Assembly: GCA_049320885.1 (NCBI GenBank)
Contig: JBMORA010000013.1
Location: 1-64,000 of the forward strand
Length of the DNA stretch: 64,000 bases
Direction of reading: 5' to 3'
Source of the DNA: Thermodesulfobacteriota bacterium
GTDB taxonomy: Bacteria > Desulfobacterota > Desulfobacteria > Desulfobacterales > SURF-7
Under the pieces are notes generated by a model. It was not told the origin of the DNA. It was given only the letters and a program-made list of their open reading frames with translations, and made no database searches. Made by a program: the position numbers and the translations under genes. Every line of letters starts with the position of its first letter. Within the stretch, counting starts at the first letter, position 1. Below, piece after piece: positions 29,804 to 40,590 of the stretch.

Positions 29804-29983
29804 TCAGGACGGCTTCTTTTTCTCCGGCGGTTCGATATCTTTTTTAATTTCTTTTGCGATTTCCAGATCCTCTGAAACCTTTTCCAACTTCTTCGGATCA
29901 ATGGAGGTCAACGGACCCGTGGGCGGTTTGATCTTCTTGCGGATATCTTCTAAAATATCATTGATATTTTCTTTTTCGATCAT
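29804..29983 (-). CDS. Small charged hypothetical protein (59 aa)
   Basis: ATG at 29983 preceded by GAGGA; Lys/Glu/Ile-rich; fills the gap between MFS and comEC. Confidence 0.55.
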   Translation of the reverse strand: MIEKENINDILEDIRKKIKPPTGPLTSIDPKKLEKVSEDLEIAKEIKKDIEPPEKKKPS

Positions 29984-30208
29984 AATTTCCTCATATTTTC
30001 CAGACGTTTCTTTGGTTACCAAGGACGGGATCAGCCAATCGCATGCCTGGAATCCGTTCGCGGCCGTCCGCCGCCATCTATAAGATAAACCGAAACCATG
30101 GATTGGCAATAAAAAAGTTTCATCCCCCGATTCTTTTTTGCCGGCCACCTCCCGGAAAACGGGGCACCGGCGGACCGCCCGCTCCCCGTGAATCGCGGAA
30201 AGCGGCTG

Positions 30209-32689
30209 TTACCCTTCCGGAATTTCCGTCATGATGGCATAGCCGGTCCCATCGGTCCGAATGGTCACGGCACCATGGCCGTCGGTTCCCAAAATCCGCA
30301 GGCCCATCTGCCGGTATCGGTCGGCGACCTCCGGATGGGGCAGCCGGGCGCCGCCCCTGGCCCGGGATGAAACCACAACGAGTTCCGGACGAACCGCTTC
30401 CAGAAACCGTCGGGTGCTGGATGTCTTGCTGCCGTGGTGGGGAGCCAGCAGAATGGAGCTGTTGAGGCGGGTTTCCTTTTTTCCCAGCAGATCCCCCTCG
30501 GCGGAGGCCATGATATCCCCGGGAAACAGCAGGCAAACCCTCCCGTAACAGATTCGCAGCACTATGGAATTATTGTTGATTTCGCCTCCATTGCCGTTTC
30601 CGGAGGCCATTTTCCGCGGCGGATGCAGCCATTCCACCCGAACCCCCTGGATCTGTCTTTCTCTTTGCAGATCGCAAAAATCCGGCATGAAAATGGCCTT
30701 CTCATGAACCGCTTCCATGAAATTGTCATGGGTCCTGGTTCCCGGGGTGGCCCCATTGGTCCAGATTTCCTTTACCGCAAAATGCCGGACAATATATACC
30801 AGACCATTGAGATGATCACTGTCCGCATGGGTTAGCACCAGGGTGTCGATGGTGCGGATTTTTTGTCTCCAGAGAAACGGCGCCACGATTCGCTGACCCA
30901 CATCAAAGACGGCATTGTCCGGAAACCCGCCGCCGTCGATGAGCATGGTATGGCTTCCGGGAAATTCCAGCAAGGCGGAATTGCCCGCCCCGACATCCAG
31001 AAAGGTCACTTTCAAATCCGGATGCCGGAAGCGCTGCCGGATCCAATAGCCGCAGTCCGCCGCCAGGATCAGGACCGCCAGCGCCAATGGAATTGCCGGA
31101 TGGGTCAGATTCCAGCCGCTTGCCGTCCGCCCCGGATGGTTCCGGTATCCCGGCAGGCTCAGCACCGCCGCGAAAAACAGATAGAAACCGAGTATCTCCG
31201 CTTCATTGGGGGTTACGGTATGAACAGCGGCAAACGGCCAATCCGCCATCAACCGAATCCAGTTCAGGCAATGTTCCAATACCCGGGCACTGATCCGCAG
31301 ACACCATCCGGCCGCTGCCAGGCTCACCGGGTAGAGCAGCATGGCCGTCAGCGACAGGGGCACCACGATCCAGCCGATGGCGGGAATCGCCAGGCAATTG
31401 GCCAGGAGGGCGATGAGCGATACCTGATTGAAATAATAGAGTCCCAGGGGCAAGGTTCCCACAATCGCCAGCAGGGAAATCAGGAAAAACAATCCGACCC
31501 GCTTCCCGGCTTGCATCCAGAACCCCCCGCCGGCAATCCGCGGCCATCCGGTCTTCATCAGACCGTATACAATGGCGCCCACGGCGGCAAAGGACAGCTG
31601 GAACGAGACCGAATACAACAGCGGCGGATGCGCCACCAGAATCAGCAGGGCAGCGATGGCCAGCACATTCAGGCCGTCCTGACGGCGGCCGATGATCAGG
31701 GCCGCGAGAAAGACAGCCGCCATGATCACGGAGCGCTGGGTCGCGGGCGACATGCCGGCCAGGGTTCCATAGATCATCACCGGCACGAAAGCCAGCGCCA
31801 GGGAGGCTTTCTTACCCCAGCCGCGCCACAACAACCAGTCCACCCGGCCGAGCAGGCGGCTGAACAGGAAAAAGAAAAATCCGCCGACGATGCTGACATG
31901 CAGCCCGGATATGGACAGGATGTGCCCGATGCCGGCCCGGCTGAACACGTCCCAGTCCTCGGGGGGAACGGGGGAGAGATTTCCCACCACCAGGGCCCCC
32001 ACTATCGGCGCCTGTTCCTTTGGAACCGTGGCCCGGATGAAGGCCATCAATTGCTGCCGGGCCCTGTCGATGATCCCCGAAACCGGATTTCCGCTCTGCT
32101 GCCGGGAAATCTCCAGGTGGCCCGCCACGGCGTAGGCCCGTGCAAAAACGCCCTGGAAGGCCAGCAGGCGTTTGTAATCGAATCCGCCGGGATTGTTGAA
32201 ATTGCGGATGGACATCAGCCTGGCGTCGAAGGCGATGAAATCGCCGGTGGCCATTTCCGGGGGCTCGCCGGGACAAGTGACCCGCACTTTCCCACGGACC
32301 GGCCGCCAGCCCTTTTCACAATAAAGGCGCCGGGCTTCGACGATCACATTCAGATAGCGCCCACCGCGGATCGGCGCTCCATGGACCGTTCCGAAGATCC
32401 GCCGCTGCCGGCCACCGATGAAATGGGTGACATGATCCGGCGGGAATTCCGGATGGGTCCAGGGCTGGATGGAAAGATATCCCAGCGCCAGGAACAGCAG
32501 CAGCGGCGGGGTTCCGGTTCCGCGGCGCCGCAGGATGCAGGCGATCACGGCGCCGAAACAGACGGCGGCCATCATGCCGGCCGGTATTTCGTGGCCGGGC
32601 ATACGCACCCCCGCGGTGATTCCGAGCATGAAAGCGACCAGCAGCGGTATCACCGGCCGCAGATATACATCGGTTTGAACGGTTTTCAT
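30209..32689 (-). CDS. comEC: DNA uptake competence protein ComEC/Rec2
   Basis: NPGGFDY, GIGHILSISGLH, SFQLSF, FLDVG, LTHADSDH (MBL fold), PHHGS; start uncertain (32689 or 32710). Confidence 0.93.
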   Translation of the reverse strand: MKTVQTDVYLRPVIPLLVAFMLGITAGVRMPGHEIPAGMMAAVCFGAVIACILRRRGTGTPPLLLFLALGYLSIQPWTHPEFPPDHVTHFIGGRQRRIFGTVHGAPIRGGRYLNVIVEARRLYCEKGWRPVRGKVRVTCPGEPPEMATGDFIAFDARLMSIRNFNNPGGFDYKRLLAFQGVFARAYAVAGHLEISRQQSGNPVSGIIDRARQQLMAFIRATVPKEQAPIVGALVVGNLSPVPPEDWDVFSRAGIGHILSISGLHVSIVGGFFFFLFSRLLGRVDWLLWRGWGKKASLALAFVPVMIYGTLAGMSPATQRSVIMAAVFLAALIIGRRQDGLNVLAIAALLILVAHPPLLYSVSFQLSFAAVGAIVYGLMKTGWPRIAGGGFWMQAGKRVGLFFLISLLAIVGTLPLGLYYFNQVSLIALLANCLAIPAIGWIVVPLSLTAMLLYPVSLAAAGWCLRISARVLEHCLNWIRLMADWPFAAVHTVTPNEAEILGFYLFFAAVLSLPGYRNHPGRTASGWNLTHPAIPLALAVLILAADCGYWIRQRFRHPDLKVTFLDVGAGNSALLEFPGSHTMLIDGGGFPDNAVFDVGQRIVAPFLWRQKIRTIDTLVLTHADSDHLNGLVYIVRHFAVKEIWTNGATPGTRTHDNFMEAVHEKAIFMPDFCDLQRERQIQGVRVEWLHPPRKMASGNGNGGEINNNSIVLRICYGRVCLLFPGDIMASAEGDLLGKKETRLNSSILLAPHHGSKTSSTRRFLEAVRPELVVVSSRARGGARLPHPEVADRYRQMGLRILGTDGHGAVTIRTDGTGYAIMTEIPEG

Positions 32690-32840
32690 GCGTCTCTGAA
32701 CGGAGCGCAAAGAGCCCGCTCAGGAACCGGCGGGCATTTTTCGCGGATTTCGCCGTCTCGGCGACGGCAAGTCCGAATCCATCGGATCCGGCTCGTTTTC
32801 TCGTTTCCCCCGGGAATCGGGGATTGGTTTTTCGGGAGCG

Positions 32841-34091
32841 CTATTTTTGTCTGCGGATGCGGGCTCCCAGTTGCAGGAATTTTTTTTCAATGGCCTCGTA
32901 GCCGCGATCCAGATGATAGATGCGGTTGACTTCCGTGGTGCCCCCGGCGACAAGACCGGCCAGGATCAGGGAAGCGCTGGCCCGTAAATCCGTGGCCATC
33001 ACCGGGGCCCCGGACAGGCCCGCGACGCCCTTGATGATCGCCGAATTGCCTGAAACCGTGATGTCCGCTCCCATCCGCCGCAGTTCGCTGACGTGGATGA
33101 AGCGGTTTTCGAAAACGGTTTCGGATATCACGCTGAGGCCCCTGGCCACAGACATCAGCACCATGAACTGGGCCTGCATGTCCGTGGGGAATCCCGGGTA
33201 GGGGAAGGTCTTGATGTCCACGCTGTCGATGGAGTCCCGTCCCCGCACCCGGATATGGCTGTCACCGGTCTCCACCCGGACTCCGGCCTGCTTGATCTTG
33301 TCCACGATGGCGCCGACATGCTCGGGCGTGCAATCGCGGATCGTCACGTCGCCGCCGGTCAGCGCCGCCGCCACCATGAAGGTGCCGGTTTCAATCCGGT
33401 CCGGAATGATCGCCGTGGACACCGGCTCCAGCTTCTTCACGCCTTCGATGGCCACGACAGCGGTTCCGGCGCCCCGGATCCGGGCGCCCATCCGGTTCAG
33501 CACAGCGGCCAGGGCCACGACTTCGGGCTCCCGGGCCGCGTTGCGCAGGATCGTGTTTCCCCTGGCGAGAACAGCGGCCATCATCAGATTTTCCGTCCCG
33601 GTGACGGTGGGTGTTTCAAAATAAATGTCATCGCCGACCAGTTCCTCCGCCGCGGCGAATACATAGCCGTGTTCCAGGGTGATTTCAGCACCCAGCCTGG
33701 TCAGGCCTTTCAGGTGGAGATTGATGGGCCGGGCCCCGATGGCGCAGCCTCCGGGCAGGGAAACCTTGGCCTTTTTCAACCTGGCCACCAGCGGGCACAA
33801 CACCAGGATGGAAGCCCGCATCTTCCGCACCAGATCGTAGGGCGCCTCGAAATTGTTCAAACCGGCGGCATTGATCCGCACCACATCCCCGTCCACTTCA
33901 ATTTGCGCGCCCAACGTGGCAAGGAGCTGCAGAATGCTGTCGATGTCCTTCAGCCGCGGTACGTTCCGGTACGTGCACCACCCTTCGGTCAGGAGAGAGG
34001 ATACCAGAATGGGCAGGGCCGCGTTTTTCGCGCCACTGATCCGCACCTCCCCCGTCAGCGGAACACCGCCTTCCACAACGATTTTATCCAT
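32841..34091 (-). CDS. murA: UDP-N-acetylglucosamine 1-carboxyvinyltransferase
   Basis: [45 protein letters not shown]. Confidence 0.97.
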   Translation of the reverse strand: MDKIVVEGGVPLTGEVRISGAKNAALPILVSSLLTEGWCTYRNVPRLKDIDSILQLLATLGAQIEVDGDVVRINAAGLNNFEAPYDLVRKMRASILVLCPLVARLKKAKVSLPGGCAIGARPINLHLKGLTRLGAEITLEHGYVFAAAEELVGDDIYFETPTVTGTENLMMAAVLARGNTILRNAAREPEVVALAAVLNRMGARIRGAGTAVVAIEGVKKLEPVSTAIIPDRIETGTFMVAAALTGGDVTIRDCTPEHVGAIVDKIKQAGVRVETGDSHIRVRGRDSIDSVDIKTFPYPGFPTDMQAQFMVLMSVARGLSVISETVFENRFIHVSELRRMGADITVSGNSAIIKGVAGLSGAPVMATDLRASASLILAGLVAGGTTEVNRIYHLDRGYEAIEKKFLQLGARIRRQK

Positions 34092-34194
34092 TTCCCATTC
34101 CCATCCCCGGCCGGTTTCCGGCCCGGGAAATAAAACGCCCGCCCCGCCGCAGCGGCAGGGCAGGCGCAGGTATCGATTTCAAGTCCGTTTCCGG

Positions 34195-34353
34195 CTAGTG
34201 GTGATGCCCGCCATTTCCGGCGGCGCTGTCCAGCGCCGCTTTGACGATGCAATAGGTCATGCCGAGCCCCAGGATGGTAAGCGCATACCACAACCCGCCC
34301 ATGAACACCATGTGACCCATATCCCAAACCCATTCAAAACAAAATGGAAACAT
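34195..34353 (-). CDS. Small single-TM membrane protein directly downstream of qrcD (52 aa; not in the ORF track)
   Basis: AAGGAGG RBS 5 nt before ATG; MFPFCFEWVWDMGHMVFMGGLWYALTILGLGMTYCIVKAALDSAAGNGGHHH-TAG; starts 20 nt after the qrcD stop. Confidence 0.75.
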   Translation of the reverse strand: MFPFCFEWVWDMGHMVFMGGLWYALTILGLGMTYCIVKAALDSAAGNGGHHH

Positions 34354-34373
34354 CTGTTCCTCCTTCAGCCGGC

Positions 34374-35615
34374 TCAGGCCGCGACCGGATTCAATTCCTT
34401 TTCCTGCGGAAAAATCGGCAGATAGCGGTAGCTAAGCGCCACCAAAATGACACCATAGGCCACCGGCAAAATGGTGGTGGCCACTTCCTGCCAGCTGGGA
34501 TAATACAGCACCCACTGGTCGAACGGCAGCACCGGTACGGCCATCACCTGCAGGACCATCACCCAGCGGTTGATGCAGACCCCCGCCATGCCGAGAATCA
34601 CTCCGGTCCACAGCAGACCGGACGTGCCGCGGCCCTTGCGGGTGATCAGGATCAGGGCCGGGAAGAAGCCGCCCACCACGATTTCGGCCACCAGAATCCA
34701 GATGCCGTAAAAGGCGTTGTTGCTGTAGAAATCCATCAGGCGGAAGCCCATCCCCGGCGCCGTCGAAACCGCCCAGTAAACGGTGTCCACGGTCTTGGCG
34801 ATGATGTAGGTAAGCATCATCCAGCCCGAAATCTTGGCCAGCAGATCAATCACGTTATCCTTGACCAGTTTCTTACCGACGATCTTTTCCAGCAGCTTGG
34901 TCAGAAAAATGGTGAAGCAGGGTCCGTAGGCCGCCGCCGACCAGGTGAACAAGAAAAACGTCCAGGGCCATACCAACAGTCCTTCCCGGTAGGCAAAGGG
35001 CCGGCCGTACAGGACACCGGCCACGCCACCCAGGGATCCCTGATGGAAACAGGAAAGGAAAGCGCCGGTGGCGGCGAAAACCGCCATGACCTCATGCATG
35101 TTGTGGGTCAGATGATGAAAAAAGGGGATCTTGTCCAGCTGCCGGTTTTCCAGCACCAGGGGAATGTATTCGATGGTCAGCACCGCAAAATAGCAGGACA
35201 GGCAGAACGCCACTTCGGTGAGCATGGAATGGACGTTGGCGTGCCAGAAGATGAACCATCCCCGCAGCGGCTGTCCGATATCGATGGCCAGTATCAGCAG
35301 GGCCGAGCTGTAGCAGATGAAACCGATCAGCACCGCGAAATTGATGATGTTCTTCAGCTCATCCTTGCCGATGATGTACCGCAGCAGCCCCGTAAAAAAG
35401 GCCCCGCCGCCCAGGGCGATCACCGCCAGGTCCGCCCAGATCCACAGGGCGAATCCATAATAGTCGTTCATATTGGTCTGGTTCAGGCCTTTGAGCCAGC
35501 ACAACAGCATGGCATATATTCCCCACAGCAAAACCGCCCCCACCACCGACAATCCCAACATGAATTTCGGCAGCGGACAGCGTTTGACTCCCTCGGGTAT
35601 CAATGCTGAATCCAT
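34374..35615 (-). CDS. qrcD: Menaquinone reductase integral membrane subunit QrcD (NrfD/PsrC family)
   Basis: About 10 TM helices; WIWADLAVIALGGGAFF, DIGQPLR, FHQGSLGG, INRW; operon context. Confidence 0.92.
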   Translation of the reverse strand: MDSALIPEGVKRCPLPKFMLGLSVVGAVLLWGIYAMLLCWLKGLNQTNMNDYYGFALWIWADLAVIALGGGAFFTGLLRYIIGKDELKNIINFAVLIGFICYSSALLILAIDIGQPLRGWFIFWHANVHSMLTEVAFCLSCYFAVLTIEYIPLVLENRQLDKIPFFHHLTHNMHEVMAVFAATGAFLSCFHQGSLGGVAGVLYGRPFAYREGLLVWPWTFFLFTWSAAAYGPCFTIFLTKLLEKIVGKKLVKDNVIDLLAKISGWMMLTYIIAKTVDTVYWAVSTAPGMGFRLMDFYSNNAFYGIWILVAEIVVGGFFPALILITRKGRGTSGLLWTGVILGMAGVCINRWVMVLQVMAVPVLPFDQWVLYYPSWQEVATTILPVAYGVILVALSYRYLPIFPQEKELNPVAA

Positions 35616-35688
35616 ATGTTTCGCACTCCTTACTGTTTATCCGAATCCGACGAAAAAACGGTTTCCATGCCCGAACGTTCCGGCCTGC

Positions 35689-36483
35689 TCAGCGGTGTCC
35701 GCCCGGAACCTTGCCGATTTCCTCCCCCGGCAGATAATTGTCTCCGGCCCGCCGCACCCATTCCCGGCTGGTCAGATAATACACCTTGGTGTTGGTTTTC
35801 AGACGCTCCAGCAGGCGGAAAGCGCGCGGGTCCTTTTTCAGACTGTAAACCGCATGCTCCTTGTTGTTCAGATCGCCGAAGGTGATGGCGCCGGCTGGAC
35901 AAGCCTGGGTGCAGGCGGTCTGGTAGTCCTCCTCGCCGATCTCCCGGGTTTCCTCATAATAGGCCTTGTCCAGGGCCCGCTGATAGCGGTGATAGCAGAA
36001 ACTGCATTTCTCCACCACACCGCGCATCCGCGGAGACACGTTGGGACTGAGCATTTTTTCCATGCCCTCCGGCCAGACCGGATCCCACCAGTTGAAATAA
36101 CGGGCATGGTAAGGGCAGGCGGCCATGCAATACCGGCAGCCGAAGCAGCGGGTGTAGATCTGACTGACGATACCGGTTTCCGTGTCATAATCCGTGGCCG
36201 TGGCCGGGCAGACCGACACGCAGGGCGAATGGCCGCTGTGCTCCCCCTCGCAGTGCTGACAGGGCCGCGGCAGATAGCAGATTTCGGTCCTGGGGAACGG
36301 CTGGTTGTTGGTGAGCCGGTAAACCCGCATCCAGGTGATGCTGTCCAGTTTATTGGTCTCGTTCTCCTTGAAAGGGACGTTGTTCTCGGCCATGCAGGCC
36401 ACCATGCAGGAGCCGCAGCCGGTGCATTTGTCCAGATCGATCACCATGCCGAATTTCTTTGGTGTTGCGTGTGCTTGCTTCAT
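35689..36483 (-). CDS. qrcC: Menaquinone reductase iron-sulfur subunit QrcC
   Basis: CTGCGSCMVAC, CQHC...CVSVCP, CFGCRYCMAACP, CSFC...CTQACP (four [4Fe-4S] motif sets). Confidence 0.93.
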   Translation of the reverse strand: MKQAHATPKKFGMVIDLDKCTGCGSCMVACMAENNVPFKENETNKLDSITWMRVYRLTNNQPFPRTEICYLPRPCQHCEGEHSGHSPCVSVCPATATDYDTETGIVSQIYTRCFGCRYCMAACPYHARYFNWWDPVWPEGMEKMLSPNVSPRMRGVVEKCSFCYHRYQRALDKAYYEETREIGEEDYQTACTQACPAGAITFGDLNNKEHAVYSLKKDPRAFRLLERLKTNTKVYYLTSREWVRRAGDNYLPGEEIGKVPGGHR

Positions 36484-36502
36484 CAGAACCTCTTGCTATG
36501 TT

Positions 36503-38707
36503 TTAGGCTTTGGTCAGGCTTGCGCCGATGCCCCAGGCGGCGTCGTAACCGGAATCCGGATCATCCACCGGTCCCATCAATTCATGGATACTGACACCCT
36601 TGCCTGCCAGATACTTGTCGTGGGCGCCGTGACCGAGGCCCCGTTGCATGGCCACCACGCCGGGCATGATGCCGTGGAAACAATGAATCCGGACCCGCGA
36701 GGCCCCTCTGGGCGTCGTCAACACGGCGCCGGCGCCGTCTTTCAGTTGCAGGCTCGCCGCGGTTTCGGGATTGATCTCCACCACCATGTCCGAATCCTTC
36801 AAAACGGTATCCGGTACGATTTTAATCAGGAACGGCGGCGATCCCACGGCGCCGCTGGAAAGACGCATGGAGTCGCAGGCGATCAGTGTCAGCGGATAAC
36901 GCTTTCCGTCGCCTTCCGCCGGTATGGGCGACCGGGTCAACCGAGCCGCTTCCGGGAATACGAATTTAGCGCTCGGGGTTTCAAATCCCGTTTTCCACGG
37001 CGCCGGTTTGAACTCACCGTCCGTCCAGCAGATTTCTTCCTTCAAGGTATCCCATTTATCGCCGAGGGTTTGTTTCAGGCAGGTCTTGTAGTTCTTCCAG
37101 GGAAACGCCGCGGCGATATTGCCGCCCAGGGCCTGGGCCAGGGCCAGGATCACATCCCCCGCCTGCCTGGTGTCATACAGCGGTTTCACCACCGGAACCG
37201 CCAGGTTCAAGGCGGGCCTGGTCAGGCCGGCAGTCACCGGCACGTCTTCATAGCGTTCCAGGCAGCAGTGGTTCGGCAGAATCAGATCGGCCATGGCCGC
37301 GGTTTCGTCCATATGGGTGGCGAAGCTGACTTTCAGGGGAATCCGTTCCAGGGCCTGGCGGACGGCCTGGCCGCCGGGCAGGGTATAAGCCGGATTCGCG
37401 CCCGAGATGAACAATACCTGAATGCCGTCGCCAGCGCCGGAGTTGATCAGACCCGGCAGCTGGGTCAACAGGTACCGGGCGTCGGGAAAGCGTTCACCGC
37501 CGGCGCCGTCAATACGCGGCTTCTGCATGGCGCTGGCGGCGACAGCGTCCATCTCCATTTCCGGCCATTTTACGTACTCGGGCTCGGGCATGGCCCATAC
37601 GCCGCCTTTCCTATTGATATTACCCACCAGCGCGTTCAGCAGATGGGTGGCGGCGGTCTCCAGAAAACTGCCGGGAACGAGCCCCTGGCCCCGACCGCAG
37701 ACGGCCACCGGCCGTTTGGCGCGGGCGAACTCGCGGCCCAGGGAGCGAATCGTCTCGGCCGGGATGCCGGTAGTCTCGGCTACCTTCTCCGGCCGGTATT
37801 GGTCCAGAATCGCCTGCCGGCAGCCTTCAAACCCTTCGGCAAACTGTTCCGTAAACCGGCGGTTGAACAGATTCTCGCTCAGAATGACATGCGCCATTCC
37901 CAGAGCCAGATGGGCTTCCGTACCCGGTTTGGCGGCCAGCCACTGGTCGGCCTTGGCGGCCGTGTTGGACAGCCGCGGCTCCACCTGAACCAGCTTGGCC
38001 CGCCTGCTTTTCCATTCGGCATGGGCCTTGAACATCCGGACCGGCGAACCCCATCCCTCGATGATGCCGCTGCCCAGGCTCAGGATAAAATCGGCTTTTT
38101 CCAGATCGAAGCCGGGCACGCCGCGATGCCCCTGGGTTTTTTCCATCACCAGGGCATAAGCGTCCTCCATGGTGGCCGGCCGCAGGAAATTGGGCGAGCC
38201 GTATACCGTCAGCAGTCGGCTCCACAGCAGCGGCACGGTGCCCCTGTCCGACTCCGCGATGCAGGCGACGGTATGGGATTTCCCCGCGGCGCGCAATTCG
38301 ATCAGTCTGGCCGCGATTTCGGCAATGGCATCGTTCCAGGTAATGTTCTGCCAGGCACCGTTGACTTTTTTCAGCGGCGATTTCACCCGGGTGGGGCTGT
38401 ACAGCAGTTGCGGCGCCGCCACCCCCAGGGCGCAGATGCCGCCGTCATTGATCGGATGGCCCTTCATGCCCTCGACCTTGACCACCCGCTCGCCGATCTT
38501 GCGGACCGTGATTCCGCAGCCGCCCGGACACAGCAGGCAGGCCGAATTGGTTTCCGTGGCCTCCCCATCGGGAGGAACCGGAGTCCAGGGCCAGTTCTGG
38601 GTCCAGATGGAAAGGTCATCGGTAATCTTCCATGGCAGCGGCGACAGGGTGATGCCCGCCGTGGCTCCGATTCCGAGTGCCAAAAAACTTCTTCGATCTA
38701 TTTTCAT
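36503..38707 (-). CDS. qrcB: Menaquinone reductase molybdopterin-oxidoreductase-like subunit QrcB
   Basis: Tat signal DRRSFL; SIWTQNWPW; CLLCPGGC...C; Mo-bisPGD-family fold motifs; lies between qrcA and qrcC. Confidence 0.9.
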   Translation of the reverse strand: MKIDRRSFLALGIGATAGITLSPLPWKITDDLSIWTQNWPWTPVPPDGEATETNSACLLCPGGCGITVRKIGERVVKVEGMKGHPINDGGICALGVAAPQLLYSPTRVKSPLKKVNGAWQNITWNDAIAEIAARLIELRAAGKSHTVACIAESDRGTVPLLWSRLLTVYGSPNFLRPATMEDAYALVMEKTQGHRGVPGFDLEKADFILSLGSGIIEGWGSPVRMFKAHAEWKSRRAKLVQVEPRLSNTAAKADQWLAAKPGTEAHLALGMAHVILSENLFNRRFTEQFAEGFEGCRQAILDQYRPEKVAETTGIPAETIRSLGREFARAKRPVAVCGRGQGLVPGSFLETAATHLLNALVGNINRKGGVWAMPEPEYVKWPEMEMDAVAASAMQKPRIDGAGGERFPDARYLLTQLPGLINSGAGDGIQVLFISGANPAYTLPGGQAVRQALERIPLKVSFATHMDETAAMADLILPNHCCLERYEDVPVTAGLTRPALNLAVPVVKPLYDTRQAGDVILALAQALGGNIAAAFPWKNYKTCLKQTLGDKWDTLKEEICWTDGEFKPAPWKTGFETPSAKFVFPEAARLTRSPIPAEGDGKRYPLTLIACDSMRLSSGAVGSPPFLIKIVPDTVLKDSDMVVEINPETAASLQLKDGAGAVLTTPRGASRVRIHCFHGIMPGVVAMQRGLGHGAHDKYLAGKGVSIHELMGPVDDPDSGYDAAWGIGASLTKA

Positions 38708-38761
38708 ACCCGTTTCCCCTTGCACAAAGAAAAGAAATGCCTGCCATTCACAATGGCGCGC

Positions 38762-39460
38762 CTATTTGTGGCAGACAAAACAGCCGTCTTTCTTGGTTTG
38801 GACGCTGGTCGCCCGCCCGGTTTCCTGCATATGGCATTCGGCGCAATCATCCATTTTCATTCGGTCCCATGTATTTTTTTTCAGGCACAGCATGTTTTCC
38901 AGATTGCGGCCCCAGATATCCCGGCTGTAACCGGTGATTCGGTTTTCCTCGTAAACCGGCAGGCTGGTGGATTCGCCGATGGGACCGTGACAGGTCACGC
39001 AGTCCATTCCACCCAGTTTCACATGGGCCGCATGGGAAAAGAATACGCAGTCGGGCTGCTTCGAATAAACCAGCCAGGGTACTTCCCGGTTCTTGGATAC
39101 ATATTCTTCCACAAAAATTTCTTCATCCTTGGAGTCACCCTGCACTTCCTCGTGACATTCGATGCACTGGGCCAGCTCCGGAACGCCGGCGTAGGTTCCG
39201 TCCTCCCGGAACAGGTGGCAGCTTTCGCAACCGTCATCCACCAGTTCCATATGCAGGGAGTGGTTGAAATCAAAGGGCTGCTGCTTTTTGGAATAGAGCA
39301 CTTCAGGAAAAACCAGCCAGCCGATCACCAGGCTGGCGGCGAATCCGATGATGAAAAACAGAACCGGCATCCCGGCGCCGGGATCCCGGTGGGCGGATGC
39401 GGTTGCATGGTCGGTCCCGTCGTCATGGACATCATTGGCATGATCGTCTACTGTAGTCAT
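38762..39460 (-). CDS. qrcA: Menaquinone reductase multiheme cytochrome c QrcA
   Basis: N-terminal membrane anchor; five CxxCH motifs (CESCH, CIECH, CVTCH, CAECH, CFVCH); QPDCVFFSH; ATG at 39460 with GGAG. Confidence 0.92.
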   Translation of the reverse strand: MTTVDDHANDVHDDGTDHATASAHRDPGAGMPVLFFIIGFAASLVIGWLVFPEVLYSKKQQPFDFNHSLHMELVDDGCESCHLFREDGTYAGVPELAQCIECHEEVQGDSKDEEIFVEEYVSKNREVPWLVYSKQPDCVFFSHAAHVKLGGMDCVTCHGPIGESTSLPVYEENRITGYSRDIWGRNLENMLCLKKNTWDRMKMDDCAECHMQETGRATSVQTKKDGCFVCHK

Positions 39461-39679
39461 GGAAACTCCATTTTGAATGGGCCGGCCCACTGGTCCGACC
39501 ACTGCTCCGGGTTGATATGGTCTGACAAATCCCTTTCATTCCATGGTGCGGAACCACTGCGCTTTTCAGGCGTCAAGTTCCCGCGTTCGCACGGAAGTTC
39601 AGTTATTTATAACCGTTATCCAGGATTGTCAAGGGGTAATCGTGATGCCCGCCCCCCCTTTTTTGGGGCCTTACGCCCA

Positions 39680-40534
39680 TCAGGGCATTTGCCCGTAGCT
39701 GTGCAGCCCGGGAAGATAATTCACGCCGAAATAAGTAAAAATCACGGCGGAAAAGCCCACGATGGACAGCAGGGCGATGCGTTTTCCCTGCCAGCCGCGC
39801 ATGAACCTGGCGTGCAACAGCACGGCATAAATGAACCATGTGACCAGCGACCAGGTCTCTTTGGGGTCCCAGCCCCAGTATCGCCCCCAGGCCGAATTCG
39901 CCCACACGGCTCCGGTAATGATGCCGATGGACAGAAAGAAAAACCCGAACATCACCAACTGGTGGGTGATATCGTCCAGAACGGCCGGCGCCGGCAAATG
40001 AACCGGCTTTTGATCCGATTCCTCCAGATTCCGGCTTTTCAGCAGATACATCAGGCTGACGACAAAGGCCACCGCGAATCCGGCATACCCCAGGAAACAG
40101 GTAATGACATGAGCGATGAGCCAGTTGCTTTTCAAGGCCGGTATCAGCGGCTGAATGCGGTCGTTCATATTCGGATTCAGGGAGGCATAAGCCAGGGCGA
40201 GAAACATCAGCGGGGTGGTAAAAGCGCCGATGACCCGGTTGCGATACCGGAACTCCATCACCAGACTGAGGATCGCGATGACCAGGGAATAAAACACCAG
40301 GGATTCATACAGATTGGAAAACGGGGCATGACCGATGCCGAGATCATAGGATTCTATCCAGCGCAGAACGATTCCGGCCGCGTTGCCGGCGGCGGCGAGC
40401 ATCAGTGTGCCCATGGCCAGCTTTCCCGGTGGATCTTTCTTGAAGACCCAGGCCGCGATGTACAGACAGGACGACAAGGCGTAGACAAATGTCGTCATCG
40501 ACAGAACGAATGAACTGATATGGGAATCCATCAT
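39680..40534 (-). CDS. ccsB: Cytochrome c biogenesis protein CcsB/ResC (system II)
   Basis: HAPFSNLYES, PALKSNWLIAHV, WANSAWGRYWGWDPKETW (WWD motif), GLHSY. Confidence 0.95.
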   Translation of the reverse strand: MMDSHISSFVLSMTTFVYALSSCLYIAAWVFKKDPPGKLAMGTLMLAAAGNAAGIVLRWIESYDLGIGHAPFSNLYESLVFYSLVIAILSLVMEFRYRNRVIGAFTTPLMFLALAYASLNPNMNDRIQPLIPALKSNWLIAHVITCFLGYAGFAVAFVVSLMYLLKSRNLEESDQKPVHLPAPAVLDDITHQLVMFGFFFLSIGIITGAVWANSAWGRYWGWDPKETWSLVTWFIYAVLLHARFMRGWQGKRIALLSIVGFSAVIFTYFGVNYLPGLHSYGQMP

Positions 40535-40590
40535 GTTGTTCGAACCTTTATATTACCTTTATATTAATCATTGCCTGAATCTTCATGCCG

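Noticed and set aside
36335..40513. 1392-aa plus-strand ORF
   Set aside because: Antisense shadow of ccsB-qrcABC; no recognisable motifs; long reverse-frame ORFs are expected with GC-rich codon bias.
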